54,440 nucleotides of DNA from a virus (lineage: Duplodnaviria > Caudoviricetes): positions 1 through 54,440 of the IMG/VR virus record IMGVR_UViG_3300022602_000130; one strand, given 5' to 3'. The position numbers and the translations under genes are program-made. Below are positions 28,663 to 38,300 of the stretch, in pieces; positions within the stretch are counted from its first letter, which is position 1; each line of letters begins with the position of its first letter. The notes under the pieces were generated by a model that made no database searches, was not told the DNA's origin, and worked only from the letters and a program-made list of their open reading frames with translations.

Positions 28663-31600
28663 ATGGCAACAATCAAAGATATCGGTTTAACAAGTAGTTT
28701 TATTGCACAGAATGAAGCATTTCGTTCACAACCATATTGGGATGTCAATGGTTGGGCAATCGGCTATGGTAGCCATTATAATCTTGATGGTTCACCTGTT
28801 CAACCTGGTCAAACTATCAGTCAAAGTGATGCACAAACACTTATGCAATCACAAATACAAAGCACTTATGGTGCTGGTATTGCTAACCGCATTGGCGAAC
28901 CAGCATGGGATAATTTAACGCCAGGTCAACAAGCTGCATATATTGATGCTGCATATAACTACGGACCATCAAGCAAGTGTTTAACAGATAGTGTTGCTGC
29001 TGCACAAAGTGGTGATTCTGATGCCATCAATAACTCATTTTTGGGTCTTGATGGCAATGGTCGTGCTAATCGTGCGCAAGCAGAATATCAATTAGCATCT
29101 ACTGGCACGGCACCAGGCGCAACAGGCAGCGGTCAAAGTGCACAAACTTCAAAAAATGCTGTGGGTGCTGCACCAGGCAGTGGTGCAGGTTGTGCTGGTG
29201 GCGGTTTGGGAATATTAAGTGCTATTGCTGGCGCTGGTTTATTTGGTGGTTTGGGATTGGGATTAAACAGCGTTCTTGGTGGACTAACAAGTGCGCTTGG
29301 TGCAACAGGCATTACTGGTGCTATGGGCAGTGCTTTTCAAGCTGCAACTGGTGCGCTTGGTGGTGGTTTAGCACAAGCATTGGGTCAAGTTGCTGGTCCT
29401 ATCAATCAGCTTACTGGCGGTGCTTTCCAAGCATTAAGTCAAGTTGGTAGCGGTATTCTTCCAAGTTTAACTGGTGTTTTACCAAGCAGTATTACAAGTC
29501 TTGCTGGTGGTGCAATTGGTGGTGCTATCAATGGTGCGGTAGGTAGCTTTTTGGGTCCGCTCAATGGTATTCTACAAAATCCACTTAATCTTCCAAATGC
29601 AATACAACAATTTACGGCAAATGGTGGATTAGGCGGCATGATTAATCGTGTTGCAAATAACATGGTTGGCAGTGCTGTTGCTGGCGGAACTGCATCATTT
29701 ATGCAACAAATTGGTTTGACAAATGCTTATAGTGGTATTGCAAATAATGTTATTGGTGCCACTGCTGAAGCCGCTGGTCTTGCATTTGGCGCAAATAAAC
29801 CAGGCGGTCTTGGTGCAAATTTCCTTAATAATAATGGTGTAGTTAGTTTTGGTATGAGTGCGCTAACAAGTAATTTGCCAGCCGCAGCAAGCGATTTGTC
29901 AAATTTAGGAACATTTGCTACAACAAACTTGCTGCGTTTGCAGCAACCAAGTAATGTTGCAAATCAAATTGTAAGTGCTGGGTTAGGTGGTGTAACAGGA
30001 TTAACGCAACAGCTTGTGCAAAATAATATTCCTATTGCTGGCATTGATAATCCATTAAATGATACAAAAGTTCAAAGCATTTTGAATAATATAAGTAGTC
30101 CCGCAGCAGTTGGTGCAGTAAGCAGTGCATTTAATGTTGGTGTTCAATTAGATCATCTTGGTCAACTTACTGATTTAAATCACATGTGTCCTACTCTTGC
30201 GGCAACAAGCCCAAGTAAATCATTCAGTGATTTAGGTCAACACTTTATAAGTCTTGGTATTACAAAAGCGCAAACTTTCCAAGATGTTGGCACTGCTATA
30301 AGCAAAACCGATGCTGGCTTTGATTTAAACCATTTAAGTCAAATGAGCACACCAATGTACCCTGCCGCAGCAGATAAACTTAATCAAACATGGGGTTATG
30401 GTGGCGGCAGTATTGGTGAACTAACAATGGCAGATTATATTGGAACTGCTGCTGGTTATGTGCATAATGATACGCTACCAGCTATTATTGCTGCTAACAA
30501 TGACCTAATGAATACTACACAAGGTCAAGCATTAAATGCTTTAGTTGTTCAACTTCAAACACTACTAACAGGTGGTTATCATGTACCAGGCGATCCTGGC
30601 GGTAATGGTCAGCCATCAAGTCCAGATACTATTGTTATAAATGGTATGACATATACAACACTTGATGATGCTGTGTTGGCATTGGTTGCACAAATTGAAA
30701 CAGCATTGCAAGCAGTTCAAGGCATAAGTGATCCAAATATACAAACAGCAATCAATGCTTGTGAACAAGCACATGCTGCAAGTTGTGCACAAATACTAAA
30801 AGAAAATAATAATATTAGCAATTTTGGTATTAATCTATTTGCTGAATTTCAAAATAATCCTGTAAGTGCTTATGTATTTGCAGATGGATTGCCATACTTT
30901 GGTCAGCAAAATAACTATGGACAAATTGGCGAATATCTTGAACGAGTTGCTGCTGATAATGTGTATGGTGATGCAATTAAAGGTGCAATGCGCATGGGTC
31001 GCAATGCTGCTGCATTAGAACCACTTGGTGTCAATGTAGAACGCTTTAGATTGCCGCACAGTCAATACTATCGTGATCCTGCTGGATTCTATTTGTCAGC
31101 TTATACTGGAAATCTACCAATCGTTCCAAGTAATCTTGCTGATGCTTATATTCCGCAAAGTCCGCAAGACATTTATGTTGATGCTCGCAACACAGCACTT
31201 ATTAACGCTGGATATAATCCAAGCCAAATGTTGCCAGCACAAGCTGACGAAACATATTATGATTTACAATGGAATAGCACAAGCCCACAAGTTCGTGAAA
31301 GTATTGGATTGAATTTGTTAAAACAAGCAGTTGATAGCAATATTATTGTTGTTGGCAATCAAGCATATATTATTGGTTTAAATCGTTCACAAATTCAGTT
31401 TGCACAAATAACAGAACGTGGTTTAGTTCTTGATAATAATGATTATTTTGTAGCAACACTCATGAGCATTATGAACAAAATGCTTTATGGTAATATTGGT
31501 ACGACAAAATATGATAATCCATTTAACACAGACCAAATGGTTTATGGCACACTGGAATTGTTATCACAAATCACACCAAGCAATATTGATGCGTTAAGTT

Positions 31601-31764
31601 CAACACTATTAGGCAGCATAAGTCTTAATGGTTTACTTGGTAAATTTAGCGCAGTATTCAATCAATTGTTGCAGGTGACTGATACATCACTGGACCGCAA
31701 TATTACTGCTGCATGGGGCGGCAGTGGTCCAGATGGTCAAACCACTACTTTTAAGAAACAATGA
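28663..31764 (+). CDS. Baseplate hub/tail-associated protein with an N-terminal GH24 lysozyme domain and Gly-rich region
   Basis: FIAQNEAFRSQPYWD...IGYG, AYNYG, R.NR..AE; long Gly/Ala hydrophobic tract. Confidence 0.7.
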   Translation: MATIKDIGLTSSFIAQNEAFRSQPYWDVNGWAIGYGSHYNLDGSPVQPGQTISQSDAQTLMQSQIQSTYGAGIANRIGEPAWDNLTPGQQAAYIDAAYNYGPSSKCLTDSVAAAQSGDSDAINNSFLGLDGNGRANRAQAEYQLASTGTAPGATGSGQSAQTSKNAVGAAPGSGAGCAGGGLGILSAIAGAGLFGGLGLGLNSVLGGLTSALGATGITGAMGSAFQAATGALGGGLAQALGQVAGPINQLTGGAFQALSQVGSGILPSLTGVLPSSITSLAGGAIGGAINGAVGSFLGPLNGILQNPLNLPNAIQQFTANGGLGGMINRVANNMVGSAVAGGTASFMQQIGLTNAYSGIANNVIGATAEAAGLAFGANKPGGLGANFLNNNGVVSFGMSALTSNLPAAASDLSNLGTFATTNLLRLQQPSNVANQIVSAGLGGVTGLTQQLVQNNIPIAGIDNPLNDTKVQSILNNISSPAAVGAVSSAFNVGVQLDHLGQLTDLNHMCPTLAATSPSKSFSDLGQHFISLGITKAQTFQDVGTAISKTDAGFDLNHLSQMSTPMYPAAADKLNQTWGYGGGSIGELTMADYIGTAAGYVHNDTLPAIIAANNDLMNTTQGQALNALVVQLQTLLTGGYHVPGDPGGNGQPSSPDTIVINGMTYTTLDDAVLALVAQIETALQAVQGISDPNIQTAINACEQAHAASCAQILKENNNISNFGINLFAEFQNNPVSAYVFADGLPYFGQQNNYGQIGEYLERVAADNVYGDAIKGAMRMGRNAAALEPLGVNVERFRLPHSQYYRDPAGFYLSAYTGNLPIVPSNLADAYIPQSPQDIYVDARNTALINAGYNPSQMLPAQADETYYDLQWNSTSPQVRESIGLNLLKQAVDSNIIVVGNQAYIIGLNRSQIQFAQITERGLVLDNNDYFVATLMSIMNKMLYGNIGTTKYDNPFNTDQMVYGTLELLSQITPSNIDALSSTLLGSISLNGLLGKFSAVFNQLLQVTDTSLDRNITAAWGGSGPDGQTTTFKKQ

Positions 31765-32540
31765 CAAATTATTTTTTTAAAAATTATTCTTACAGTTACT
31801 CTGAACCAAATACAATTTTAAATTACAAAGGTTTAGATTCAGTTGAATTATATAATGAAAACTTAATAAAAAATAAAGATTTATTAGAAAAAAATAATTG
31901 GATTAATAATAAAATAATTTATTCTTTGAACAATTATGGTTTTAGAACACCACATAATTTTGATATAAAAAATCCACAAAATGGAAATATGTTTTTAGGA
32001 TGCAGTATAACAGAAGGTATTGGTTTGCATTTAAAAGATGTTTGGTCATATAAAATTAACGAACAGTTGGGCGGTTGTTTTTATAATCTTGCACAAGGTG
32101 GAACTGGAATAGAAACCATATATCGTTTAATGCGCTCTTGGGTTCCAATTTTAAAACCTAAAAATATCTTTATACTTGCGATTTATAAAAATCGCAAGGA
32201 ATTTGTTAATAGAAAAAATTTTGAATATGATCTGTTTGGACCGTGGATAATTCGTAAAGAAAAAAAGTCAACAATAGATAAAATAAAAAAAGTTTTTTAT
32301 GAAAGTTTTCTTGTATCCGAAGATGAAAATGAAATATTTTGGGAAAGAAATTTGGACGCAATAAAATATATTTCTCTAAAATATAATACAAATCTTTATC
32401 TACCAAATGAAGAAATAGTTGAAAGTGCTTTTACTGAATCTAGAAAACAAGAATCATTTGCAAGAGATTGTATCCATACTGGTGTTGTATTTCATGATAT
32501 TATGGCAGATTTGTCCAATTGGGAAAAAATAAACCCTTGA
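31761..32540 (+). CDS. SGNH-like hydrolase-fold protein
   Basis: YSLNNYGFR, FLGCSITEGIGL, NLAQGG, ARDCIHTG. Confidence 0.6.
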   Translation: MTNYFFKNYSYSYSEPNTILNYKGLDSVELYNENLIKNKDLLEKNNWINNKIIYSLNNYGFRTPHNFDIKNPQNGNMFLGCSITEGIGLHLKDVWSYKINEQLGGCFYNLAQGGTGIETIYRLMRSWVPILKPKNIFILAIYKNRKEFVNRKNFEYDLFGPWIIRKEKKSTIDKIKKVFYESFLVSEDENEIFWERNLDAIKYISLKYNTNLYLPNEEIVESAFTESRKQESFARDCIHTGVVFHDIMADLSNWEKINP

Positions 32541-32567
32541 CATAACCTATATTCTATGCTATAAATA
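32537..32567 (+). promoter_or_regulatory. Composite sigma70 / T4-late-like promoter of tmRNA
   Basis: TTGACA-N17-TATAAA, where the -10 box is part of a perfect TATAAATA. Confidence 0.75.
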
Positions 32568-32570
32568 ATA

Positions 32571-32874
32571 TACTATCGTTGATAGCAATTAATAGGCGGG
32601 CAAGACGAGGCTTCGACTGCCTCCTGGTCCACCATAGATACATTGGTTTCCATAGTCGGAACAAATATGGTGTAATAGGTTTTTCCGAACACCCAATGTA
32701 TCTTTGATGGGCCAGCAAGGGATCGATTGACGTTGAAAGGGTTGAAGTAGATAGTAGGTTGGTTGCTTTATAGACCAAAAAAGTAAATGCAGCGAATGAT
32801 AACGCTTCATTTGAAATGCGCCTAGCGGCGTAATTCATTGGGTGGGCAACCAGCCTAGAAACAGAAATGGTTGC
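32571..32874 (+). ncRNA. ssrA: Circularly permuted two-piece tmRNA (acceptor piece, spacer, coding piece)
   Basis: T-arm GAGGC-TTCGACT-GCCTC, then CTGGTCC-ACCA ending at 32634; GGGCCAG at 32709 completes the acceptor stem with G3:U70; tag (A)ANDNASFEMRLAA* at 32789-32833. Confidence 0.93.
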
Positions 32875-32902
32875 AAAATTATCGTTTAGTATAAATACTT
32901 GT

Positions 32903-33349
32903 ATGAAAAAAACAAGTATGCAACGATTTAATAATAAAAGTAGAAAAACATTAGAGGAAATACCTGTTCCTCGTGATCATCCAGATTATATGAAATATTA
33001 TCGAAATTTAAGAAAAGATATTGTTAAAAAAGCGCACGACAAACATGCTGACAATAATAGAGAAAAACGACGAGCATCTGTAAGAGAATGGGCAAAAAGA
33101 AATAAAGAAAAGGTAAAAGCAAAAAACGCACTTGAAAGAGCGGAAAGATTAAAAAGATTACCATCTTGGGCAGATCGTGAAGCAATTGCAGAGTTTTATA
33201 AAAATTGTCCAGAAGGTTATCACGTAGATCATATTATTCCGTTGCGAGGAAAATATGTCAGCGGATTACATGTTTTAGAAAATCTACAATACTTGCCAGC
33301 AAAAGAAAATATGTCCAAGGGAAACAGAATAAATCTGTCAGAAATGTGA
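32903..33349 (+). CDS. HNH homing endonuclease
   Basis: YHVDHIIPL..SGLHV.ENLQYL...ENMSKGN; TATAAATA 5 nt upstream of the ATG. Confidence 0.85.
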   Translation: MKKTSMQRFNNKSRKTLEEIPVPRDHPDYMKYYRNLRKDIVKKAHDKHADNNREKRRASVREWAKRNKEKVKAKNALERAERLKRLPSWADREAIAEFYKNCPEGYHVDHIIPLRGKYVSGLHVLENLQYLPAKENMSKGNRINLSEM

Positions 33350-33816
33350 AACGTTTTATAATCTCTTTGGCGCTGCTCTTAACAGTGAGTTATCCTGTTT
33401 TAGCCAAAGACCCTAAACCCCCAAAACCTATTGTTGTCGAAAATCCAAGTGAGTGTGTGGCACAAGCTGTAAAAAATGAAGCTGGTGGTGAAGACTATCG
33501 TGGACAAGTTGCTATTGCTTGGGTAATTCGCAATAGATTACAAAGCGGTAAGTTTCCCGATTCACCATGTAAAATTGTTTATGAAAGACGTGGCATTGAA
33601 TGTCAATTTACTTTTATTTGTTTTCCGTTTAAGTCAGTAAACAAAGATAAAAATAGTCAGGATTTTTATAGCATAGCAATGATGGTGCTATATTCAACCT
33701 ATATGGTCGATCCAACAGGTGGCGCACTATATTTTAATAACAGACCTTCTAAAGATAAAGGTTTTAAATTTACCACAAAGATAGGACACCACTATTTTTA
33801 CAAAGATGCCGATTAG
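33346..33816 (+). CDS. Secreted cell-wall hydrolase (SleB/Hydrolase_2 family)
   Basis: GTG start and signal peptide; NEAGGE, VIRNR...FP, QFT, DPTGGALYF, IGHHYFY. Confidence 0.85.
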   Translation: MKRFIISLALLLTVSYPVLAKDPKPPKPIVVENPSECVAQAVKNEAGGEDYRGQVAIAWVIRNRLQSGKFPDSPCKIVYERRGIECQFTFICFPFKSVNKDKNSQDFYSIAMMVLYSTYMVDPTGGALYFNNRPSKDKGFKFTTKIGHHYFYKDAD

Positions 33817-34043
33817 ATTTGTGATGCAATATAGATTGCATTTACAAGCATTGACTTGATTTGAATGTCATCGGCAACTGCATCTAATTTATCGGTTGCA
33901 ACAAGGTCACCAAGCAATTCTTGATATTCATCCGCTTCTAACTGACCTGCTTGGCGTTGCTCAATAAGTTGTTTAGCCATAGCTGCGCGTTGTGCTGCCC
34001 ATGGGCGTCCACTATTGATAAGTGCGTCTAACTGTTCGTTCAT
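33813..34043 (-). CDS. Small helical hypothetical protein
   Basis: MNEQLDALINSG...; coupled to the lipoprotein stop; GGAG upstream. Confidence 0.65.
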   Translation of the reverse strand: MNEQLDALINSGRPWAAQRAAMAKQLIEQRQAGQLEADEYQELLGDLVATDKLDAVADDIQIKSMLVNAIYIASQI

Positions 34044-34429
34044 TAAAATCTCCCTAAAACTGCACTTGCGGCTAATTGTGCCTGTGCTAACATAATTTCT
34101 TTTTTCATATTGCAATACGTTTTGCTTGGTTCACGCTTTGAAGCTCGATCAACCCATTCAACTGCAGTATCATGCATTGGTGTAATAAGTTTTATAACAT
34201 CGCCTTGCATCATACCTTTGCTTTGGCTATAAAGTAAAAACCATTGTAAATCTTTTTCTACTGCCTTTGCTTGCGCAAGTTGCGGTTTATCACAATCTAT
34301 ATTTGCAATATCTTGATAGCCATTTATAATACTTGCACTTTGATTATCATCCCAAAAACTTGGAATTACATCTGCTGCATCACAACCAGTTAGTAGCGTC
34401 AATGCAAGTAATGCTGCTATCTTTTTCAT
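34043..34429 (-). CDS. Lipoprotein
   Basis: MKKIAALLALTLLTG-C lipobox. Confidence 0.8.
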   Translation of the reverse strand: MKKIAALLALTLLTGCDAADVIPSFWDDNQSASIINGYQDIANIDCDKPQLAQAKAVEKDLQWFLLYSQSKGMMQGDVIKLITPMHDTAVEWVDRASKREPSKTYCNMKKEIMLAQAQLAASAVLGRF

Positions 34430-35184
34430 TAGTTTATATCCTGTCCTGTATCACGAATATTGGTAAGTTTTTCTACATAATGACCCATGCTATGGTCATA
34501 CAGTCCATCAAAAATCTGTCCTTTTTTCCAACAACGCCAGCGAGCACGAAGACTATCTTTAAAGCGTTGATACCGACTTAACGGACGAATATTGCCATAA
34601 AAGTTGATATAGCAAAGTGTTCCATGGTGCTTGAATAGCAGCGCACTTGGTGGAACATGTGTAACCATATCATTGCAATTTACAAAACGATAATGTGTAG
34701 TTTTAATTTGCGCAACATAAGCATCATTGCCAAGTCGTGGCTGACCAAAACTCATAAGCATTTTTGGTTGATAGCCAGCATATTCTAATTCTTGTGTTAT
34801 ATAAAGTGCCATAGCAGCACCTAAACTATGTCCTGTAACATAGATATCTTTGCCTTTATTCTTTTTGACCCAATCTAAAACATCATCAAGAATATAACGA
34901 GCATAACGGCGGAACCCTTCATGAACCCAACCCACACCATGGCTTTTTGGAATAGTATCTAAATCTGCAAGCAAGTCTTTAATATGAGTGGGTTGTGTTC
35001 CACGGCAACTGATAATAACTTCGGTATCACTTGCGGCAACATGTCCGTGTGCTGTGTGATCTACAAATTTTGATTTTTTAAATCCAAGACTTGCAAATAG
35101 TTCGCTGCAATCATCTTGGTATGCTGCGTTGGCAATTTGTGCCATAGTAACTGCTAATTCAGGTAGGCTTTGGTCTGCTAACAT
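34429..35184 (-). CDS. Class 3 lipase (alpha/beta hydrolase)
   Basis: RGT, VHEGF, VTGHSLGAAMA, FGQPRLGN, NDMVTHVP, DHSM. Confidence 0.9.
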   Translation of the reverse strand: MLADQSLPELAVTMAQIANAAYQDDCSELFASLGFKKSKFVDHTAHGHVAASDTEVIISCRGTQPTHIKDLLADLDTIPKSHGVGWVHEGFRRYARYILDDVLDWVKKNKGKDIYVTGHSLGAAMALYITQELEYAGYQPKMLMSFGQPRLGNDAYVAQIKTTHYRFVNCNDMVTHVPPSALLFKHHGTLCYINFYGNIRPLSRYQRFKDSLRARWRCWKKGQIFDGLYDHSMGHYVEKLTNIRDTGQDIN

Positions 35185-35327
35185 AATTGATTCTCCTGTT
35201 AATATTATTTATTGGAACAGAATTGTCATATATGTTGGACTAAATATTTCGTATTCAATTACACATAGTTTTTTCAACGATTCAATTATTTTTGTATTTC
35301 AACAAATAATCAAATCAAGGAAAAATT

Positions 35328-38300
35328 ATGTTTAAAAAACTTATAATTGCCATAGCAGCTATGGCAGGTATCGTTGCGTCACCTCACGCAAATGCACAAG
35401 CAGTCTATAATAGTATTGCAACAGCATATGTAACAACAACAATTAGCCAATATGTAGTGTTTGATAGCACTATGCAAGGTGGCGGAACTTTTACTTTTAG
35501 TGTGCTAGCACACAACGGTGGCGGTCGTGCTGGTCAAAGTGATACAGCAAACGTTAAAATTGAATTTTATAATAGCAGTAATCAGTTGATTACATCAACT
35601 AATTCAAGTTATAGTAACAATTTACCAAATCCAAATGCTTTAGGTGGTAATCCACAAATTGATCCTAGTGTGCCTTGGACAACACTAACAACAAGTGCAA
35701 CACTAACTTCACAACAAGCATCAACTGTTGCTTATGCAAAAGTTAGTATGTATGGTATTGACGGTAGTTATTGGGCAGGTGATTATGGTCCTTGGTATCG
35801 TGCGCCAACTCTTACACTTAATGGTGGAAATAACTTAGTTTATAATCCAGAGTTTGGTCCATATAATGGCATAACTGCACAAGGTTGGACAAGTAGTCCA
35901 GGCTTTGGCGCATGTCAGGGAGCATGGGGTGGCAGTAATGCCTGTATCGTTAATAGTAGCGGTCAACCTGGTCAAAGCACTGTAGGTCTTGTTGCTAACC
36001 AAAACGGTGGTGGTCCAAGCGCAACTGGTGGAACTACAAGTGGTCAAGCAGGTGGTTATAATAGCACTATGAACGTAAGTAATCCATCTGGCGCACCAGC
36101 AGCAACTAGCAGCACTAATCCTACAGGAACCACGACCACTTTCACTCTTGGACAACAAACAGATACTACCATTACAAATAATGGAACTATTAACATAACA
36201 GGTGCTAATAACAACGGTATCAATACTACTAATTCTGCTTCAACTACAATTACTAATGGCGGCACAATTACTACTGATAATGGCACTGGCATTAATGCTC
36301 AACAAGGCACTGGCACTTCTAGCAACATAACAATTACTAATAGTGGAACTATCACTGCTAATACAAGTGGCTCAACTAATGGTAATAACACTTATTCAGC
36401 ACACGGCATAGTCGCATCTTTTAATGGCACAGGCAGCACAGGCACAGCCACAGTTAATAATACATCAACTGGCACTATTACTGTTACTAACGGTGATGGT
36501 GTTATTATAAATGGTTATGGTAACGGTATTCTTAATAATGATGGTTCTATTACTGCAACACCAACTGGAACCAATAGTATGCCAGGCGTGTTGGTTGGTA
36601 ATAATGGTACTATCAACAACAATGGTTCTATTACTGGTGATGTTGGCGTAGATTTCTTAAACAGCACTGCTGGCAGCACTATTAATAATAATGCAAGTGG
36701 CACAATCACTGGCGGCAGTGGTATGGCAATTGTTAATTTAGGAACAAATAATACTGGCGCAATCATTAATAATGCTGGCACTATTACGGGTGATGTTCAA
36801 CTATCTACAAGCGGCACATATAACTTTTTAGGTAATGGCAGTCAAGTAGGTGCTATTCGCTCAACTGATGCTACTGGTGCAACTAATGTTAATATTGGAA
36901 CTAATGCAACGGCAGCAACTACTACCTTACAAGGTAACATTGGTGATACTGCAAACACCAGCGCACCTATTGGCACTTATGGTAACTTTCCTCGTGCATT
37001 TACATTCCAACCTATTGGCAATGTTACAATTAATGCAAATAGCAGTCTAACTGATAATACTGGTTATACTATCAATGCAACTACTGTAACTAATAATGGC
37101 ACATTCGTAAGCGGAACAGGAACAACTACTATCAATGGTGCATTTGTTGACAATGGTGTGTTAAGCACATCATACAACGGTCCATCATATAGTCAAGTTT
37201 CTGTTAATGGTGGCTTAACTATTGGTAGTGGCGCAACCTATGTTCCAATAATTGTTGGCGGTCAAACTACTAATGTTACATTAAACTCTCCATACACAAG
37301 CATTATTAGAGCAAGTGGTGGTATTAACGGCGCATTTGTAGCAACAAGTGGCACTATTGGAAATATCAACTGGGCAATTACACAAAATAACAATCAAATT
37401 GATATGCTTTGGACTCCAAGTGTAACTGTCGTAGGAACTGCACCTGGTAATCCTATTGTTGTGAATACTGTTACTAATGGCGCAACTACAACAACTACTA
37501 CCGTTACAAATGGCACACCAACTCAAACTGCAACTATTGTAAGTGGCACACCTACAACAACCGTGGGCGTTGGTTACAACAGTAACAGAAGCGGTAGTGA
37601 TGTAAGTGTAACACAAACTGTTACGACAACTGTATCAACACCTTATACAACTACGGTGACAACTGATACTCCTGTAACAACTACAACTACAAATACTACT
37701 CCTGTAACAACAGTAACAAATACTACTCCAACTACTGTTACAACATATAGCGATGGTTCAACAACTACTGCTAATGGCGCAACAGTCACAACCAGTAATA
37801 CTACTAACCAAGTTGTTTCAACTGATGTCATTACACATCAAGTATCAAGTTCATCAACAAGTGGCACACAAGTAGTTTCTACTCCTGTAACTTCTACAAA
37901 AAGTGCTGCTATAACTGGTGTGCAAGATGGTATTGATTATACAAATCAAAACCTATTCATAGTTGATCCATTTACTACACCAAATGGTAGTTGGGCAATA
38001 GGAACTGGTAGTTATGGCACAGTAGCAAGTGGTAATATTGGCAGTGATGGTATTGCTTTTGGTTATCAAAAAACTATTGATAATAACACAGTTGGTATTG
38101 CTGGTTATTATGGTCAAATATCTTCAAGTGGCTATAACAACAGCAGTTTAACTGGCACCAACGGCAGCGCAACTGCTTATGTATTAAGTAAGCAACCTTG
38201 GGCTACAATTAAAGTTGCTGGCGGCGTTGCTTACAGTGAACTTACCAATAGCGTGAGTATTCCATCATTTGGTTTAATGAATAGCCAAAAAGTAAAACAA

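Noticed and set aside
32635-32708. HDV-like (theta) ribozyme after the CCA end
   Set aside because: Could not build the nested P1/P1.1/P2/P3 double pseudoknot by eye; kept only as an unexplained structured spacer
32554-32838. ORFs of 94 and 73 aa on the minus strand
   Set aside because: Antisense to the tmRNA gene
37480-37900. Tandem DNA repeat or diversity-generating element in the Thr-rich tract
   Set aside because: Imperfect ACN-codon repeats are explained by protein low complexity; no reverse transcriptase or template/variable repeat pair in the window
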